A DNA stretch of 64,000 nt from Polyangiales bacterium. GTDB lineage: Bacteria; Myxococcota_A; Polyangia; Polyangiales; Polyangiaceae. The notes under the pieces were generated by a model. That model had not been told where the DNA came from, searched no databases, and saw only the letters and a program-made list of their open reading frames with translations. The stretch covers positions 1-64,000 of the forward strand of contig JBBRNJ010000041.1 of assembly GCA_038230375.1 (NCBI GenBank), given 5' to 3'. Position 1 is the first letter of the stretch; every line of letters starts with the position of its first letter. Positions 1 through 9,999 of the stretch are shown here, in pieces. Made by a program: the position numbers and the translations under genes.

Positions 1-137
1 CTGAAGCGAACGAGCGACGCTTGGCGTCTGTTGCTCGCTGCCGCCAGTGGTCCCCGGATACGCCGGGTATTGTCCCGTTGCCACGGCGCGATTGATGCGT
101 AGATTCGCGCCTGGGACGGCGACATCCCGCAGTAGTG

Positions 138-944
138 TTAGGAGGGGTCGATCGCAATCTGGAACGATGCCAGACTGCCGGCTTCATTCGGGATCACGAG
201 GGCGGAGTCCAATATCTGCGTGACACACGCGGAGAGCGAAGCGTTCGGCGTCTCCACAGTGAAGTGTGGCGGAGACTTCGACACATTGACGGTCGCCGTG
301 AGCTGCGAATGGTCGGGCATCTGGTCCAGGACCCTCTGCGCGCACAGCTTGACGCCGCGGTGCACCGTGCCGAGCGCGCGGTTCACGCGAAGGAGATCAT
401 CGGGTGGGAGACCGGTGCGCGCCACCAGGCCCACATCCACGTTGATCTCCCTTACAACGGCATTCACGTTGTTGGGTTGGCGGACGGCGCCGCACACGTT
501 GCCATTGACCTGTTTGCCTGAAGTGCGAATCGGACCGGCCAAGCCACCACAGTTGTTGTTCGCCCCCAGTGGACCGGTCTGCCCTGGCGTGGGCGCCGCG
601 GTTGGCTTCACGGCAGCGTGCTTCACAGCCCGGGCGATCACGAAGGCGATGGAGGCACCGTTCGGCGCGGGCAGCGCTGGTGGTGATGACGCCGACCCGG
701 CAGGCGCGTTCTCCGTCGGAGCAGCGCTTGCAACCGGCCCAGAGAGCCCGACCGGAGTGGGCGCGGTGGTCGCGCTCGAAATCGGCGCGTCGTCGCCGAT
801 GGCAGGGCGTGCTTTCTCGGCTGCCACCGCGGCATGTGGAGCGGCCGGCTGCGGGGCCACCCTGTCGTCGCATCCAGCCGTGATGCTGATCAACGTCCCG
901 ATCGCGATGACTCCTGCTTTTTCCCTGGTCTGGCCGCGTCCCAT
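138..944 (-). CDS. Putative exported/lipoprotein with Ala/Pro-rich linker and possible AgmX/PglI-like C-terminal domain
   Basis: Hydrophobic stretch ending ITAGC. C-terminus VKLCAQRVLD...SLSACVTQIL has the two-Cys pattern of AgmX/PglI domains. ATG at 944 chosen; start uncertain. Confidence 0.5.
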   Translation of the reverse strand: MGRGQTREKAGVIAIGTLISITAGCDDRVAPQPAAPHAAVAAEKARPAIGDDAPISSATTAPTPVGLSGPVASAAPTENAPAGSASSPPALPAPNGASIAFVIARAVKHAAVKPTAAPTPGQTGPLGANNNCGGLAGPIRTSGKQVNGNVCGAVRQPNNVNAVVREINVDVGLVARTGLPPDDLLRVNRALGTVHRGVKLCAQRVLDQMPDHSQLTATVNVSKSPPHFTVETPNASLSACVTQILDSALVIPNEAGSLASFQIAIDPS

Positions 945-1004
945 GCCTTCACGATAACCTATGAGGCTGCCTCGCGACTGATTTGGTACTGTAGACTGGC
1001 ACCT

Positions 1005-1775
1005 ATGCATCACGATGTGCATCCGCTCCTTCGAACAGCGCTTGTTCTTTCCGCTGTTGCCGGTTGCGGGGCCAAGGCGGAGCCCGTGGTTGCGCCCGCT
1101 CCGCTTGCGGTTGTGGATGCTGGAGGCGTTCCCTCTGATGCAGGTGGCAGTTCCGGGAATGACGGGAGCTCAGTTGCGAGCGTTGGCTCTGGTAAGACTT
1201 CCTGCGCGGTGCGCCAGGCGATGTTGGAAGAGCGTTCGCACCGGGGGGAGTCACAATGCTTGGAGGGAACCGCACCGGGCGTTTCGGATCTTCGCATGAC
1301 GCTGGAACCGGAGGTTGCGTCCGCCTCGGTTGCACCGGGAGCGAACATCCGCCTGAAGCTTCGTCTCGTGAACGTGTCGGACCACACGGTTTCCGTACGC
1401 ACGCAGCTCCCGTACGGAGGGGAGCTCATTGTCACAACGGACAAGGGCGTGAAGATCGCGCCGCCAGAGGGGAGCGCGGTCACGCTTCGTGATCCTGCCT
1501 GCGCGAGAATGTCGTACTCCCATATGGAAGTACAGCGAGGCGTCGTGGTTGCGCTACTGCCGGGAGGCGTGATCGAGGACCTCGTGGAGTGGCAGGCGAG
1601 CCGCATGGCGTGGCCCCCACCAAAGAAGGACGGGACCTGCTATCCGAAGACCATCCTGCCGGTCGCCAAGGGCCCGCTTCCCGCCGGCAAGTACAGTGTC
1701 GTCGCGACGCCACGCATCTGGTCCGAGCCGAGCTGGTTGGAGCCCAACATTGCTACCGATGTGATGGTGAAGTGA
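1005..1775 (+). CDS. Hypothetical lipoprotein with an Ig-like/beta-sandwich C-terminal region
   Basis: Signal LLRTALVLSAVAGC (lipobox). Beta-rich segments IRLKLRLVNVSDHTVSV and LPAGKYSVVA. Confidence 0.6.
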   Translation: MHHDVHPLLRTALVLSAVAGCGAKAEPVVAPAPLAVVDAGGVPSDAGGSSGNDGSSVASVGSGKTSCAVRQAMLEERSHRGESQCLEGTAPGVSDLRMTLEPEVASASVAPGANIRLKLRLVNVSDHTVSVRTQLPYGGELIVTTDKGVKIAPPEGSAVTLRDPACARMSYSHMEVQRGVVVALLPGGVIEDLVEWQASRMAWPPPKKDGTCYPKTILPVAKGPLPAGKYSVVATPRIWSEPSWLEPNIATDVMVK

Positions 1776-1790
1776 GCGGCGCCCTTGCCC

Positions 1791-3101
1791 TCACGGCAGG
1801 TCTCGCAGGCGGTACTCGGTCTTGCTCGCGAAGCCGCGGTACTGCTGTTCCCTCATCCGCGTCTTGTACGCGACGGAGCGCGCGACCTCGGCCAGTGCCG
1901 GCAGCTCGTCGCCCCAGAGCCCCACGTGCTGGGCCATGAAGACGTCGAATCCGGGGTAGAGAAGTGACGCGCGCGGGCCATCCGTGAGATCGAGCTGCAT
2001 CACAGCGTGCTCGCCCGCAGAATCGGGGAAGTCGACGTAGAGCGCGACCGCGCGTGTCCCGTCGGCCGGCAGCGGATAGAGCTCGCCGTCCAGCCGCTCG
2101 GCGAATGGTCCGAACGCTCCTCCTTTGTCGGCGGGCGGACCGAGCTCCTTCACCGCGAACGCGTCCAGCTTTTGCGGCGCGAGGCGGAGCGGCGCTGCTG
2201 CCGCGAACCAGCCGAGCGATTCGAGCCAGCTGCCGTCGAACGCGAGCCACCGGAGCAGGCTGGGGGAGAGCTTGTACTTTTGGCGCGGGAAACGCACCTT
2301 CTTCAGCACGTCGGCGGAGATCGGCCGAGGCACCGTGACGCCGCGCGCGCCGAGGAGAGCAAGGCCCTCCCTCTGGACCCTTGTGATCACGCGCTCGATC
2401 AGTGGCACCCCGAGCTCGACCCTCGTGGCCAGCTTGGCGTTTGTCGGCCGCCGGGGGAGCGCATCTGAGCCCACCCACGCGCCCGGCTTCGACGCGCGCA
2501 CGATGGGCCCGAGCTTCTTCGGGACCGGTCGTGCGCAGTCGATCCTGCCAGTGCGGCCGAGAACGCGCTTCGCGACAAGATCGCGATCGAGCTCGACGTC
2601 CACGTCCAGGTCCACGGCGACATCGAGCTCCGAGGCGAGCCACAGATCGAAGCCGGCGAAGGCGATGCCGAGCTCGGGACCGTCGTCGAGATCGATCTCG
2701 AGCACAGGGGTCTCTCCGTGAACGTCCGGATCACCCAGACGGAGGATGCGCATCGAATCGGAGCCGGCGTCGAGCGCGAGCGCCCGGTCGGGGAAGCGAG
2801 CGCGGACAAGGGGCTCATAGACCTTTGCCATGGCCCCCGCGTGGGCGGCGATCACGCTGCGGAGGGAGGACGCGCGCGGCTTTCTGGGATCGAGAGCGCC
2901 CATGCTCTTCGCGAGCCACCCCGCGTCGAACAGGAGCCACGCGCGGAGGCTGGGAGGAAGGGCCGCGCCCGCGTCGCGCTCCATCGCGTCGATCTGCGCG
3001 GGTGTAAGCGGGGAGGGCTTCTTGATGCGGCGCTTCGTCGTGGCGTGCGCGATGATCTCTGCCACGAGGGCGGCGCCGCGCAATGCGGTCGGGGTCCTCA
3101 T
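1791..3101 (-). CDS. SMI1/KNR4 (SUKH)-like protein with two tandem domains
   Basis: MERDAGAALPPSLRAWLLFD is an SMI1-type motif; second copy LSPSLLRWLAFD. Paired downstream motifs PDVHGETPVLEID and PDSAGEHAVMQLD. Confidence 0.65.
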   Translation of the reverse strand: MRTPTALRGAALVAEIIAHATTKRRIKKPSPLTPAQIDAMERDAGAALPPSLRAWLLFDAGWLAKSMGALDPRKPRASSLRSVIAAHAGAMAKVYEPLVRARFPDRALALDAGSDSMRILRLGDPDVHGETPVLEIDLDDGPELGIAFAGFDLWLASELDVAVDLDVDVELDRDLVAKRVLGRTGRIDCARPVPKKLGPIVRASKPGAWVGSDALPRRPTNAKLATRVELGVPLIERVITRVQREGLALLGARGVTVPRPISADVLKKVRFPRQKYKLSPSLLRWLAFDGSWLESLGWFAAAAPLRLAPQKLDAFAVKELGPPADKGGAFGPFAERLDGELYPLPADGTRAVALYVDFPDSAGEHAVMQLDLTDGPRASLLYPGFDVFMAQHVGLWGDELPALAEVARSVAYKTRMREQQYRGFASKTEYRLRDLP

Positions 3102-3305
3102 CGGACGATGATACGGCTTCTCCGGCGCACCGGCACGTGGTGCGAAATGCGACCTGATCGGCAGTCAAAAAACCGCGCTGCGGTCGCCAATGGGGAAACT
3201 TGCCACGCCTGTTTGCGAGCGAGACATTTCACCTCGCAGGCGAATTTTCGGTTCGAGGTAGTGTCGTCTCAGTTGTTTCAAATTCTCGAATCGAAGGCTT
3301 ACCAA

Positions 3306-5195
3306 ATGAAATATCGAGCTTTGATATCTACCGCCGTCCTCGCGACGGTGGCGACGACGGCACATCGCGCGAATGCGCAGGACCACCCCGGCTACGCAGC
3401 CAGCGTCTACGAGCCCTCCGAGCGTGGCAGCGACTGGTTTGCGAACGAGTCGAACGACTACCGCGGCAAGTTCCGGCTCGCCGTCGGCGCCGTCGGTGAC
3501 TACAGCTATCGGCCTGTGATCGGCACCTACAACGCCGACGGCACCGTGCGCGCCTCGGTGCTCCGCGATCAGATGCTCCTTCATGCCGGAGCGAGCCTCT
3601 TGCTCGCCGACCGAATCCGTATCGGCCTCAGCTTGCCGGTCCAGCTTGCAGCGGATGGACACCCCGCGACGAAGAACGGCATCACCTACGCCCCCCCGGT
3701 GCACGATCAGGGCGTCGGCGACATCCGCGCGTCCGTGGACGTGCGCCTCCTCGGCGAGTACGGCGAGCCCATTACCGTCGCGGTCGGTGGCTCGATCTTC
3801 GTCCCGCTCGGCCAGCGCGATTCGTTCACCGGTGACGACGTCACGCGGTTCGCTCCGCACTTGAACGTCGCCGGTGACGTCGGGATGTTCGCGTACGCGG
3901 CGCGCGGCGGCTACGAGCTCCGCCCGCTTCGCGAGGACTACATCGGTACGCGCCTCGGCAGCAACATCACCTTCGGCGGCGCGGCCGGCGTCCGCTTCCT
4001 GGACAAGAAGATCCTCGTCGGGCCCGAGCTCTACGGTCGAACCACGGTGTCCAACTCGGACGGCGAGCAGGAGCACGGTACGCCCATCGAGATCCTCCTG
4101 GGCGCGCACTTCAAGGTGGCGCGCGACTTCCGCGTCAACGCAGGCGGCGGTACGTTCGTCGACCATGGCTTCGGCGCGGCCGTCTTTCGCGGGCTCCTCG
4201 GCGTCGAGTGGTTCCCCGAGGTGGAGAAGCCCGATCGCGACAAGGACGGCGTCTTCGACGACGAGGATGCCTGCCCCGACGTCGCTGGCGTCCGCACAAA
4301 CGACCCCAAGACGAACGGCTGCCCGCCGCCCCCGCCGCCGCCAGCAGATCGCGACGGCGACGGCATCATCGATAGCGAGGACGCCTGTCCCGACGTCGCC
4401 GGCGTCCGCACGAACGACCCGAAGACCAACGGCTGTCCGCCTGATCGCGATGGTGACGGGATCATCGACAGCGAGGACGCCTGTCCCGACGTCCCCGGTG
4501 TCCGCACGAACGATCCGAAGACCAACGGCTGCCCCTCGGACCGTGACGGCGACGGCATCCTTGACAAGGACGACGCCTGTCCCGACGTGCCCGGCATCAA
4601 GACCAACGATCCTAAGACGAACGGCTGTCCCGACACCGATCGCGACAAGGACGGCATCCTCAACGACGTCGACGCATGCCCCGATCAGGCAGGTCCGAAA
4701 TCGGAGGACCCGAAGACGACCGGCTGCCCGCGCGTCTTCATCAAGAACGGGCTCATCCAGATCCTGGAGCAGCCGAAGTTCGACTTCAACAAGGCGGCAA
4801 TCAAGCCGGAGAGCGACTCGCTGCTCACCGAGGTCGCCAAGGTGATGACGGATCACGCAGAAATCAAGCGGGTTCGCGTCGAAGGCCACACCGACAACGT
4901 CGGCAAATCCGCGTACAACAAGAAGCTGTCGCAGCAGCGCGCCGACTCGGTGATCAAGTGGCTGAGTGGCCACGGCATCGCCGCCGATCGACTGACTGCG
5001 AAGGGGATGGGCATGGAGACGCCGCTCGTACCCAACGACACGGAGCTCAATCGCGCGCTCAATCGCCGCGTCGAGTTCCACATCGAGGACCAGGCGCAGA
5101 CCGTCAAGGAGATGGTCAAGACTCCGGGCGGCGGCACAGTGGTCGCCCCGCCGAAGGACGCCATTCAACCGAAGAAGCCCGCGCCCAACCCGTAG
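3306..5195 (+). CDS. OmpA-family outer membrane protein with thrombospondin type 3-like repeats
   Basis: Signal peptide MKYRALISTAVLA..ANA and N-terminal beta-barrel-like region. DxDxDG/CP repeats. OmpA-C motifs VEGHTD, NKKLSQQRA and NRRVEF. Confidence 0.92.
   Translation: MKYRALISTAVLATVATTAHRANAQDHPGYAASVYEPSERGSDWFANESNDYRGKFRLAVGAVGDYSYRPVIGTYNADGTVRASVLRDQMLLHAGASLLLADRIRIGLSLPVQLAADGHPATKNGITYAPPVHDQGVGDIRASVDVRLLGEYGEPITVAVGGSIFVPLGQRDSFTGDDVTRFAPHLNVAGDVGMFAYAARGGYELRPLREDYIGTRLGSNITFGGAAGVRFLDKKILVGPELYGRTTVSNSDGEQEHGTPIEILLGAHFKVARDFRVNAGGGTFVDHGFGAAVFRGLLGVEWFPEVEKPDRDKDGVFDDEDACPDVAGVRTNDPKTNGCPPPPPPPADRDGDGIIDSEDACPDVAGVRTNDPKTNGCPPDRDGDGIIDSEDACPDVPGVRTNDPKTNGCPSDRDGDGILDKDDACPDVPGIKTNDPKTNGCPDTDRDKDGILNDVDACPDQAGPKSEDPKTTGCPRVFIKNGLIQILEQPKFDFNKAAIKPESDSLLTEVAKVMTDHAEIKRVRVEGHTDNVGKSAYNKKLSQQRADSVIKWLSGHGIAADRLTAKGMGMETPLVPNDTELNRALNRRVEFHIEDQAQTVKEMVKTPGGGTVVAPPKDAIQPKKPAPNP
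4233..4730 (+). repeat. Five tandem ~32-aa Ca-binding TSP3-like repeats within the OmpA protein
   Basis: Near-identical units such as DRDGDGIIDSEDACPDVAGVRTNDPKTNGCP. Confidence 0.9.
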
Positions 5196-5212
5196 CGCCA
5201 AGCCAAGGAAGG

Positions 5213-6337
5213 CTAGTCCCCCGCGTCGGAGCATCCGGCGAGGGGGACGGGGACCGCGGGCTTCGAGTCTCCGTCGAGCACCACGATGTACTCGTCTCCG
5301 ATGCGGAGCTGATCGCCGATCGCGAGCTTTCCCTTCGCGATCGGCTTGCCATGCAAGGTCGGAGGCTTCGAAGCGTCGAGCGAAAGGACCTCGATGTTGC
5401 CGCCCACGTTGCGTAGACGCACATGCCTGGCGGTGACGCTTCCGCCCGGCTTGCCCAGTTGGAAGCCAGCCGCGCTCTCGCTACCCACGATGACCTCGGC
5501 GCCGCCGGCGAGCTCTCGCTTGCGAAACTTCCAGCAGCCGTTCTGGAGCCAGCGGCGCTCGGCATAACCCGGACAGCTCGGATCCGAGCCCGGCTGCGGC
5601 GCCCATCCGCTCGTTCCACGGACCAGGATCGTCTCCGGTCCGATCTCGATCCGATCGCCAACCGTGAGCTTTGTCTTGGCGGTGATCGTCTTGCCGCCCA
5701 CCCTCATGGGCGCGAGCGGCTCGACCGAGATCACCCCGCCCTCGCTCGTGAAGCGCGCGTGCGTTGCCTCGACCCCCGGCGCGTCCACGCGAAGACCTCC
5801 ACCGGACGTGGTGCGCCCGATCTCCCACGCCATCCCCGGGTGGATCGACTCGACCTTGCCGACCTCGGGACCGCACGCGAACTGGAGCAGTGTGCCGGCC
5901 TGCGCGGTCGGACGACCGGCCGCCGTCGGCTTCGGCAAGCGGCCGTTGGGCGTGCCGTTCGGCTCGAAGAACGAAAGCCACGACGGCGACTCGGGCAGCG
6001 CGAGCGACTTCAGCTCGTCCTCCGTCAGCGCGCGGGCGCCCATCGCGATCGGATCGCGAAACGTTCGGTCCGAGAACTCGACCAGCGCGAAGACCTCGAA
6101 GGCGCTCGGAGGATCGCCGATCACGCGCCCGCCCCTCGCCAAGGGACCTGCGCTCTTGTCGACGTAGACGAAGGCGAGGAAGGTGCCGTCGTCGCTCGGC
6201 ACCCACACCCAGCGCGAGGCGGCGGCCTTCGGCGCGGGCGACGTGCTCGAAGGTGAAGGTGAAGGTGAGGTATCAACGGTGCTCTTCGAACACGCGCCGA
6301 GCGCAAGCACCGCGACCACGAGAGACAGGTTCCGCAT
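5213..6337 (-). CDS. Putative lipoprotein with two FHA-like domains
   Basis: Lipobox LALGAC. FHA-like patterns WEIGR...HARF...LTVGDRIEIG and VIVGS...RHVRL...LAIGDQLRIG. Confidence 0.65.
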   Translation of the reverse strand: MRNLSLVVAVLALGACSKSTVDTSPSPSPSSTSPAPKAAASRWVWVPSDDGTFLAFVYVDKSAGPLARGGRVIGDPPSAFEVFALVEFSDRTFRDPIAMGARALTEDELKSLALPESPSWLSFFEPNGTPNGRLPKPTAAGRPTAQAGTLLQFACGPEVGKVESIHPGMAWEIGRTTSGGGLRVDAPGVEATHARFTSEGGVISVEPLAPMRVGGKTITAKTKLTVGDRIEIGPETILVRGTSGWAPQPGSDPSCPGYAERRWLQNGCWKFRKRELAGGAEVIVGSESAAGFQLGKPGGSVTARHVRLRNVGGNIEVLSLDASKPPTLHGKPIAKGKLAIGDQLRIGDEYIVVLDGDSKPAVPVPLAGCSDAGD

Positions 6338-6590
6338 TCACGGAGACTACCCGAGGATGACCGGCGTGAGGCAGCGAGCACCCCAGCCAGCATCATGGTA
6401 GACGTGGCGGACATCGCCTCGCTCCAGGCGAAGGAGCGCAGCCAGCGCTCCAGCGCGCGCTGTTGCGTTGGCCCGTCGCCCAGTGCATCGCGAGCTCGCA
6501 GCATCTCTACTACGGCGGCAAGGATGACTACCGCGCGATTCCCATGTTGCGTCTGTTGCGCACCCTCGCGGCGCACCTCGATCCGGCGTT

Positions 6591-8054
6591 TCAGCCCAGA
6601 GACGAGATGCTGAATTCGAGCGCGCGATCCGACACGTCGCCGTAGCGAAGCGCGAGCATGTCGAGCAAGTAGTTCTGTCGCAGCTTCCACGGCGCCTTCG
6701 AGCCTTGTCCCGGCATCTCCGCGAGCGCGCGCTGGACATAGCCGGAGCGAAGCGGCATCAGTGGCTCACGCCCGATGTCGCGGCCCACGCGCGGCGTGCA
6801 CGCGCGGTAACCGTGGCGATCCATGTGCCGAAGGAGGCGGCAGACGAACTCGCAGACCAGGTCCGCCTTCAGCGTCCACGACGCGTTCGTGTACCCGAGC
6901 GCCATTGCCATGTTCGGCACGCCGCTCAGCATCGTTCCTTTGTAGTTCAGCGAATCCTTCGGGTGGAGGGCGCGACCGTCGACGGAGAGCGTCATTCCAC
7001 CAAGGAGCATCAGCTTGAGGCCCGTCGCGGTGACGACCAGATCGGCGTCGAGATGCTTCCCGGACGTCAGCGCGATGCCGGTATCGTAGAAGTGGTCGAT
7101 CTGATCGGTGACCATCTGCGCGCGACCTCCCGAGATCGCCTTGAAGAGGTCGCCGTCCGGTACGAGACAGAGGCGCTCGTCCCATGGCGCATAGCGTGGC
7201 GTGAAGTGCGTGTCCACGTCGGCGATGCCAGCTTCTTTCAGGCGACCAGTCACGCGTTCGACGAGGAACTTCTTCGAGTGCTTCGGGAACGCGCGACAGT
7301 ATCCGTACAGACCGGCGGAGAGCATGACGTTCTTCCAGCGCGTGACGTCGTATGCGCGCGCTTCGGGGAGCTTCGCACGCAAGAAGGACGCGATCGGATC
7401 CACGCCCGGCGCGGACAAGATGTATGTCGGCGAGCGCTGCAGCATCGTGACCTTGGCTGCTCTCTTCGCGAGCTCGGGCACGAGCGTGACGGCCGTGGCG
7501 CCGCTTCCGATCACGACGACGCGCTTGTTCTCGTAGTCGATGTCCGGCGTCCACTGCTGCGGGTGAACGACGCGCCCGAGGAAGCGCTCGATCCCGGGGA
7601 AGTCCGGTGTGTAGCCGCCCGCGTAGTCGTAGTAGCCGCTGCACATGAAGAGGAACCCGCACGTGAAGTGCTCGGTCTCGCCGGTTCCGCAGTTCAGGAC
7701 CTCCAGCGTCCATTGTGCGGCGTCGCTCGACCACGACGCGGAGAGCACCTTGTGACCGAAGCGGATCTTCTCGTCGATGCGGTGCTCACGCGCCGTCTCG
7801 CGCACGTAGGCGAGGATCGCGGGACCGTCTGCGATCGCCTTCGTGCCCGTCCACGGGCGAAACGAATAGCCCAGCGTGTACATGTCCGAGTCCGAGCGAA
7901 TCCCTGGGTAGCGGAAGAGATCCCATGTTCCGCCGATGGCGTCGCGCGACTCGAGGATCGCGTACGACTTGTCAGGGCACTTGGTCTGTAGATGATAGCC
8001 CGCTGCGATGCCCGAGAGCCCCGCGCCGACGATGAGCACGTCGTAGTGATTCAC
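6591..8054 (-). CDS. Flavin-containing monooxygenase (Baeyer-Villiger/EthA-like)
   Basis: FAD motif GAGLSG, GGTWDLFRYPGIRSDSD, FxGxxxHxxxW fingerprint (FLGRVVHPQQW), NADPH motif GSGATA. Confidence 0.93.
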   Translation of the reverse strand: MNHYDVLIVGAGLSGIAAGYHLQTKCPDKSYAILESRDAIGGTWDLFRYPGIRSDSDMYTLGYSFRPWTGTKAIADGPAILAYVRETAREHRIDEKIRFGHKVLSASWSSDAAQWTLEVLNCGTGETEHFTCGFLFMCSGYYDYAGGYTPDFPGIERFLGRVVHPQQWTPDIDYENKRVVVIGSGATAVTLVPELAKRAAKVTMLQRSPTYILSAPGVDPIASFLRAKLPEARAYDVTRWKNVMLSAGLYGYCRAFPKHSKKFLVERVTGRLKEAGIADVDTHFTPRYAPWDERLCLVPDGDLFKAISGGRAQMVTDQIDHFYDTGIALTSGKHLDADLVVTATGLKLMLLGGMTLSVDGRALHPKDSLNYKGTMLSGVPNMAMALGYTNASWTLKADLVCEFVCRLLRHMDRHGYRACTPRVGRDIGREPLMPLRSGYVQRALAEMPGQGSKAPWKLRQNYLLDMLALRYGDVSDRALEFSISSLG

Positions 8055-8104
8055 GCATCACAGCCTAGCGCCGCTCGCCCGACCGCGCCGCGCAAACGCC
8101 CGCG

Positions 8105-8773
8105 TCAGTCCAGGCGCACGCGCCGGCCAAAGGTGGCCCGCAGGCGCCGTCTCTCCTCGGGCGAGAGGTTGTTCTGCCCGAGCGATAACCGGCGAACGGG
8201 CACGCGCCCGAGCTCGACCGGGATCGCGGTCAGTCGGTTGCGCGTGACATTCAGCTCCCGGAGCGCAGGAAGCTCCCCGAGCGATGCGGGCAGCTCATCG
8301 ATGAGGTTTTCGAAGAGGTAGAGCGTTCGCAGGTTGCGCCACGCGCCCAGTCCTCGAGGAAGCGAACGCAGCTCGCAACACTCGGCCGACAGAGCGCGAA
8401 GCTCTCCGAGCGCGCAGATGTCCTCCCCGAGCGTCCCGAGAGGATTGCTGCCGAGTGACAACGACCTGAGTCCCGCGAACCGCGAAATCTCCGACGGCAA
8501 CGCACGCATCCCGGTCATCTGCAGGTCGAGAGTGTGCAGCCGCGGGAGGCGGGACAGTTGCAAGAGCGTCGCGCGCATGTCGACGATGGGATTGCCACCG
8601 AGCTCCACGCATTCCAGCGCCGCCATGCTCTCGATCGCAGCGGGGAGCGACGTGAGCTGGTTACTGGAGAGATCGGGCCCGCGCGGCCCTGCCTCGATCG
8701 CAAGGATGCCGAGACGCAGGTAGCGCGCGGAGCGGTTCGCCAGCACGTCCTCGGCGATCGCGGTCAGGTTCAT
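8105..8773 (-). CDS. Leucine-rich repeat protein
   Basis: Repeated LxxLxLxxNxL units (LRSLSLGSNPL, LRTLYLFENLI, LRELNVTRNRL). Start may lie up to ~50 nt further upstream. Confidence 0.8.
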   Translation of the reverse strand: MNLTAIAEDVLANRSARYLRLGILAIEAGPRGPDLSSNQLTSLPAAIESMAALECVELGGNPIVDMRATLLQLSRLPRLHTLDLQMTGMRALPSEISRFAGLRSLSLGSNPLGTLGEDICALGELRALSAECCELRSLPRGLGAWRNLRTLYLFENLIDELPASLGELPALRELNVTRNRLTAIPVELGRVPVRRLSLGQNNLSPEERRRLRATFGRRVRLD

Positions 8774-8825
8774 GCCCCGCAAGTCGATCGTGCTGCTATC
8801 CGAGAAGTGGCCCAAGTCTTCCAGG

Positions 8826-9770
8826 CTAGACCAGACCGCGACGACGGGACTGCCGGCGACGAGCGCCCGCGACCAACGCAAGGAGGGCGAAACCGGTGAT
8901 GCTCTCGAACGGGCCAGAGCTCCCCTGCCCCGTGGCGTTGCATCCGCCGTTGCTGGAGCCGTCGGTATCGTGGACGCCGCCACCATCCGCACTGGAGCCT
9001 CCGCCTCCGCCTCCCCCGCTGCCTCCCCCACCGCTGCCACCACCGTCGCCACCTGAAGACGCGGCGACCGTGCAGCACTGGACGTCCGCAGCGCCAGGAC
9101 ACAAGCCAGGCGTCGATACGTGGTCGCCGAGCGCGGCGCATGCGGCGGTGGTGATGCACTCGCCCGTCTCGCCGGTGCTCGCCACCGTGCATGGCGGGCC
9201 CGCGTCAGCGATGCCGCCATCGGAGGGGACGTCGGAGCCGTAGGCCGCATAGACCTTCTGTGCGTCGCTGACGCGCGCGCTGGCATCGCATGCACCGCAT
9301 GCTTCGAAGTCGCTCATGAACGCGGTGACCGCGGCGCTCACAGTTGTCGCGGCCTTCAACTTGGCGAGGCCATAGCCGGAGAACGTCGTGAGCTCGAACC
9401 AGATGAAGTCGAGCTGCAGGCCGAGCGACGTCGCGCTCATTCCGCGCATCGAGGCATAGGCCTTCACGTTGTCACCCACGGTCACATCCCAGCGCGCCCC
9501 CGCAGACCACTGCGCGATGCCGCGACCGGGGCCTCCGCTCTGCACGGACGCAGGATCCATCCCCGACTCGATATCCAGATTGCCCACGATGCCCGCCGCC
9601 TGCACTCCCGTGAGCCCCTTCCCGATGAAGTAGTCGTAAGCGGTCTTGTCGTTCGCGTTGAGCGCGGCCACGCTCTCACCCAGGTTCTCGGTGGGACCAT
9701 GTACCCCGCACGCAGAGAGAGCGAGCAGGAAGCCTGCAGCGATGGCCGCGCGACGAAGAAGGCTTGTCAC
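8826..9770 (-). CDS. Lipoprotein with phage tail lysozyme-like domain, Cys-rich module and MYXO-CTERM-like tail
   Basis: Lipobox LSAC. AAGIVGNLDIESG...GRGIAQW lysozyme-like motif. C-terminal GGC..hydrophobic helix..RRR. Confidence 0.8.
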   Translation of the reverse strand: MTSLLRRAAIAAGFLLALSACGVHGPTENLGESVAALNANDKTAYDYFIGKGLTGVQAAGIVGNLDIESGMDPASVQSGGPGRGIAQWSAGARWDVTVGDNVKAYASMRGMSATSLGLQLDFIWFELTTFSGYGLAKLKAATTVSAAVTAFMSDFEACGACDASARVSDAQKVYAAYGSDVPSDGGIADAGPPCTVASTGETGECITTAACAALGDHVSTPGLCPGAADVQCCTVAASSGGDGGGSGGGGSGGGGGGGSSADGGGVHDTDGSSNGGCNATGQGSSGPFESITGFALLALVAGARRRQSRRRGLV

Positions 9771-9999
9771 GTTGCGATCGTATCACTTCGAATTGACCGA
9801 GGGACCGGCACGAGGAAGCGCGGGTCGAAGCAGACCGTCGCCGCGCGCTTTTCCGGGGCCGGAGCAGGGCCGCGGAGCGGTGATTCACTTGCTTACGTGC
9901 GCGTTTCCGGGTGGATTTGACCGGCCGAGGTGGCGTGGATACGTTGGAGACTGCGTGTCCGTCGCCGGCATGGGTCGATGCGGGTCACGCTGCCGATCC

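Noticed and set aside
4233..4730. Regular ~96-nt DNA repeats as a possible CRISPR array
   Set aside because: They are in-frame coding TSP3 repeats with synonymous variation; no unique spacers and no cas genes.
6340..6590. Short ORFs between the FHA lipoprotein and the monooxygenase
   Set aside because: No motif, RBS or consistent coding frame.
8826..9770. Prophage suggested by the phage tail lysozyme domain
   Set aside because: No integrase, capsid, terminase or tail genes, and the protein carries host-type sorting signals.
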